This document shows positions 34,165-35,699 of a stretch of DNA of 35,699 bases, in pieces. A model generated the notes under the pieces. The model was not told the origin of the DNA. It worked only from the letters and a program-made list of their open reading frames with translations, and made no database searches. This stretch comes from a virus (lineage: Duplodnaviria > Caudoviricetes): positions 1 to 35,699 of IMG/VR virus record IMGVR_UViG_3300036856_000021; one strand, 5' to 3'. Positions within the stretch are counted from its first letter, which is position 1. Every line of letters starts with the position of its first letter. Both the position numbers and the translations under genes were made by a program.

Positions 34165-34813
34165 TGCACGGCAACCTGAGCGTCCCACCGCGCGCAGTGT
34201 CATTGAGGCACGGATGCGCGGTGAGCAGTTCTCCGGTAATCGCAAGCGGGTAGCGGCGGGCTCGCCCATCGCGCCCCTGCAGTTCGGTCCCCATGGGGAA
34301 TTGACGCCCAAGACGATTAAAGCGGCCAACCTCACCAAGGAGGAGGAGAAGCGCGCTTTTGAGATGCTCAAGGTGCAGGCGGCGTTCGTGGAGATCATGG
34401 ATGTCCTGTCGTATCCCGTCGACCCGGACGGCAATGTGCACGACTTGACGGCAATCAAGGCGACCAAGATTGCCATCGCATGGACGCTGGCGCTGAACGG
34501 CTTCCGGAGCAGTGGGAAGAAGTACATCAAGAAGCGCCCCTTCGCCGCTCCCGGGTGCTACGCCGACGCACACACCTGGGTCGACGTGCGCTCACCTGAT
34601 GATGCGGCCGAGGAATTGGAGCCTGAGCACAAGTCCAGTGACCAGACCCTCCCGCCCGACACCCGGCGGCTGGCGGCGATCCGCGACGGTGACCCGGGAC
34701 AGAAGCTCCCGCAGTGGGCCGTCAAGCCCAAGATCGTCTATGACGATGAGCCACGTCCCGCCGACCTGCCTGAGCGGCCTAAGCCTGAGCCAGCCAAGCC
34801 GGAGTCCGCATGA
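34157..34813 (+). CDS. Minor tail-region protein (DUF2744-like)
   Basis: Position after the hub gene; LALNGFR...IKKR...WV. ATG at 34157 overlaps the upstream gene. Confidence 0.6.
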   Translation: MVNARQPERPTARSVIEARMRGEQFSGNRKRVAAGSPIAPLQFGPHGELTPKTIKAANLTKEEEKRAFEMLKVQAAFVEIMDVLSYPVDPDGNVHDLTAIKATKIAIAWTLALNGFRSSGKKYIKKRPFAAPGCYADAHTWVDVRSPDDAAEELEPEHKSSDQTLPPDTRRLAAIRDGDPGQKLPQWAVKPKIVYDDEPRPADLPERPKPEPAKPESA

Positions 34814-35699
34814 GTACTCCGACAACATGGACTGCGCCCTCCATCGGCGACATCGTCTACCTGGCGTCCTACGTCTTCCAGGTGCAGGTCATGGGCCAGC
34901 AGACCACCAGCGACACGCCCAACCAGTACTCTGCCAACTTCGGCGTCATGGGTGACCAGGGTGACATGGACATCAGCGCGCTCCAAGGACCACAGGGCAC
35001 CGCGGGTCAGGCGATGTGGCAGCTTCGGATACAGAACGACGTCGCCGTCAGTGGCCCAGAGGACCTCCCGGGCAGCCTGACCAATACGCCTGAGGATATT
35101 GGCAAGTACTACCAGATTGATGAGCTGGACGCCTACGGCCACGTCATCTCGTCCTATGCCTGGGTGTGGTACGGGACGAGCTGGATTCGCATCATGATGG
35201 GGACGTACGGACCACCGGGGCCGGTGCCCAACTTTGACATCGAGATTGAGCTGATCGACCCCAGCCAGACCTCGGTGGTGACCACCAGCGGTGGCACCAT
35301 GGACCCCTCCTGGGTCTTTAAGCTCGCCATCCCTGCAGGACCACCCGGGCCGCCGGGGTTGCTGTACTACATGCGGGACTTCAACGAGACGGTGGCGCCG
35401 GTAGAAGGTGATGTCATCGGCTTCACGCAGTACTACACCGACCTGGGGGAGCCGCTGTGGGGGCCGGTCAACCTGGACCAGGTGCTCCCCAACCCCTACT
35501 CGGTGCCGGAGTCCGCGTTCTCCAGCTACACGGGCGTCAGTCAGCAGGCCAACGTCGGCAGTTTCCAAATCCAGGCGCAACCGTGGGAGTACACACCCAT
35601 CGTGTGGGGTCACATCGGGGGCAACGGCCTGGACCTGTCCACCGACCCGTTCCGCATCGGTTGTCAGGTACTCCTGGGCGACCCCACCAGCGGTATCCA
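34810..35699 (+). CDS. Minor tail protein, 3'-truncated by the window edge
   Basis: Read manually from the ATGA overlap: MSTPTTWTAPSIGDIVYLASY...ALQGPQGTAG...DIGKYY...GPPGPVP...; appears open to the end of the window. Confidence 0.8.
   Translation, partial: MSTPTTWTAPSIGDIVYLASYVFQVQVMGQQTTSDTPNQYSANFGVMGDQGDMDISALQGPQGTAGQAMWQLRIQNDVAVSGPEDLPGSLTNTPEDIGKYYQIDELDAYGHVISSYAWVWYGTSWIRIMMGTYGPPGPVPNFDIEIELIDPSQTSVVTTSGGTMDPSWVFKLAIPAGPPGPPGLLYYMRDFNETVAPVEGDVIGFTQYYTDLGEPLWGPVNLDQVLPNPYSVPESAFSSYTGVSQQANVGSFQIQAQPWEYTPIVWGHIGGNGLDLSTDPFRIGCQVLLGDPTSGI

Noticed and set aside
1-35699. Prophage boundaries, integrase, att sites, tRNA genes
   Set aside because: No recognisable host genes, recombinase or tRNA cloverleaf were seen, so lifestyle cannot be determined from this window.

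Overview
A GC-rich fragment of a long-tailed (siphovirus-like) actinobacteriophage, most like a mycobacteriophage. It has two divergently transcribed halves. The left half (1-12.0 kb, minus strand) is a tightly packed accessory block. It encodes a J-domain/kinase-like fusion, a vWA protein, a divergent adenylosuccinate-synthetase (PurA)-like enzyme, a small NDT-like protein, a RelA/SpoT-type HD hydrolase, a protein with two capsid A-domain-like motifs, a classic-clade AAA+ ATPase and many small Cys/His-rich proteins. Four copies of a shared promoter motif (GCCA[G/T]-N10-TATAAT) punctuate this block. The right half (12.26-35.7 kb, plus strand) is a neck and tail module: head-to-tail adaptor, stopper, tail terminator, major tail protein, frameshifted tail assembly chaperones, a 2643-aa tape measure protein with several cargo domains, and minor tail proteins. 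A ~6 kb cassette (fibres, glycosyltransferase, PknD-like NHL propeller) sits between adaptor and stopper, and an antisense, probably inactive HNH gene precedes the major tail gene. No terminase, portal, capsid, integrase, tRNA or CRISPR array is visible. All product calls come from motif recognition by eye and gene order, not database searches. Several start codons were moved from the ORF track using RBS and stop/start overlaps.
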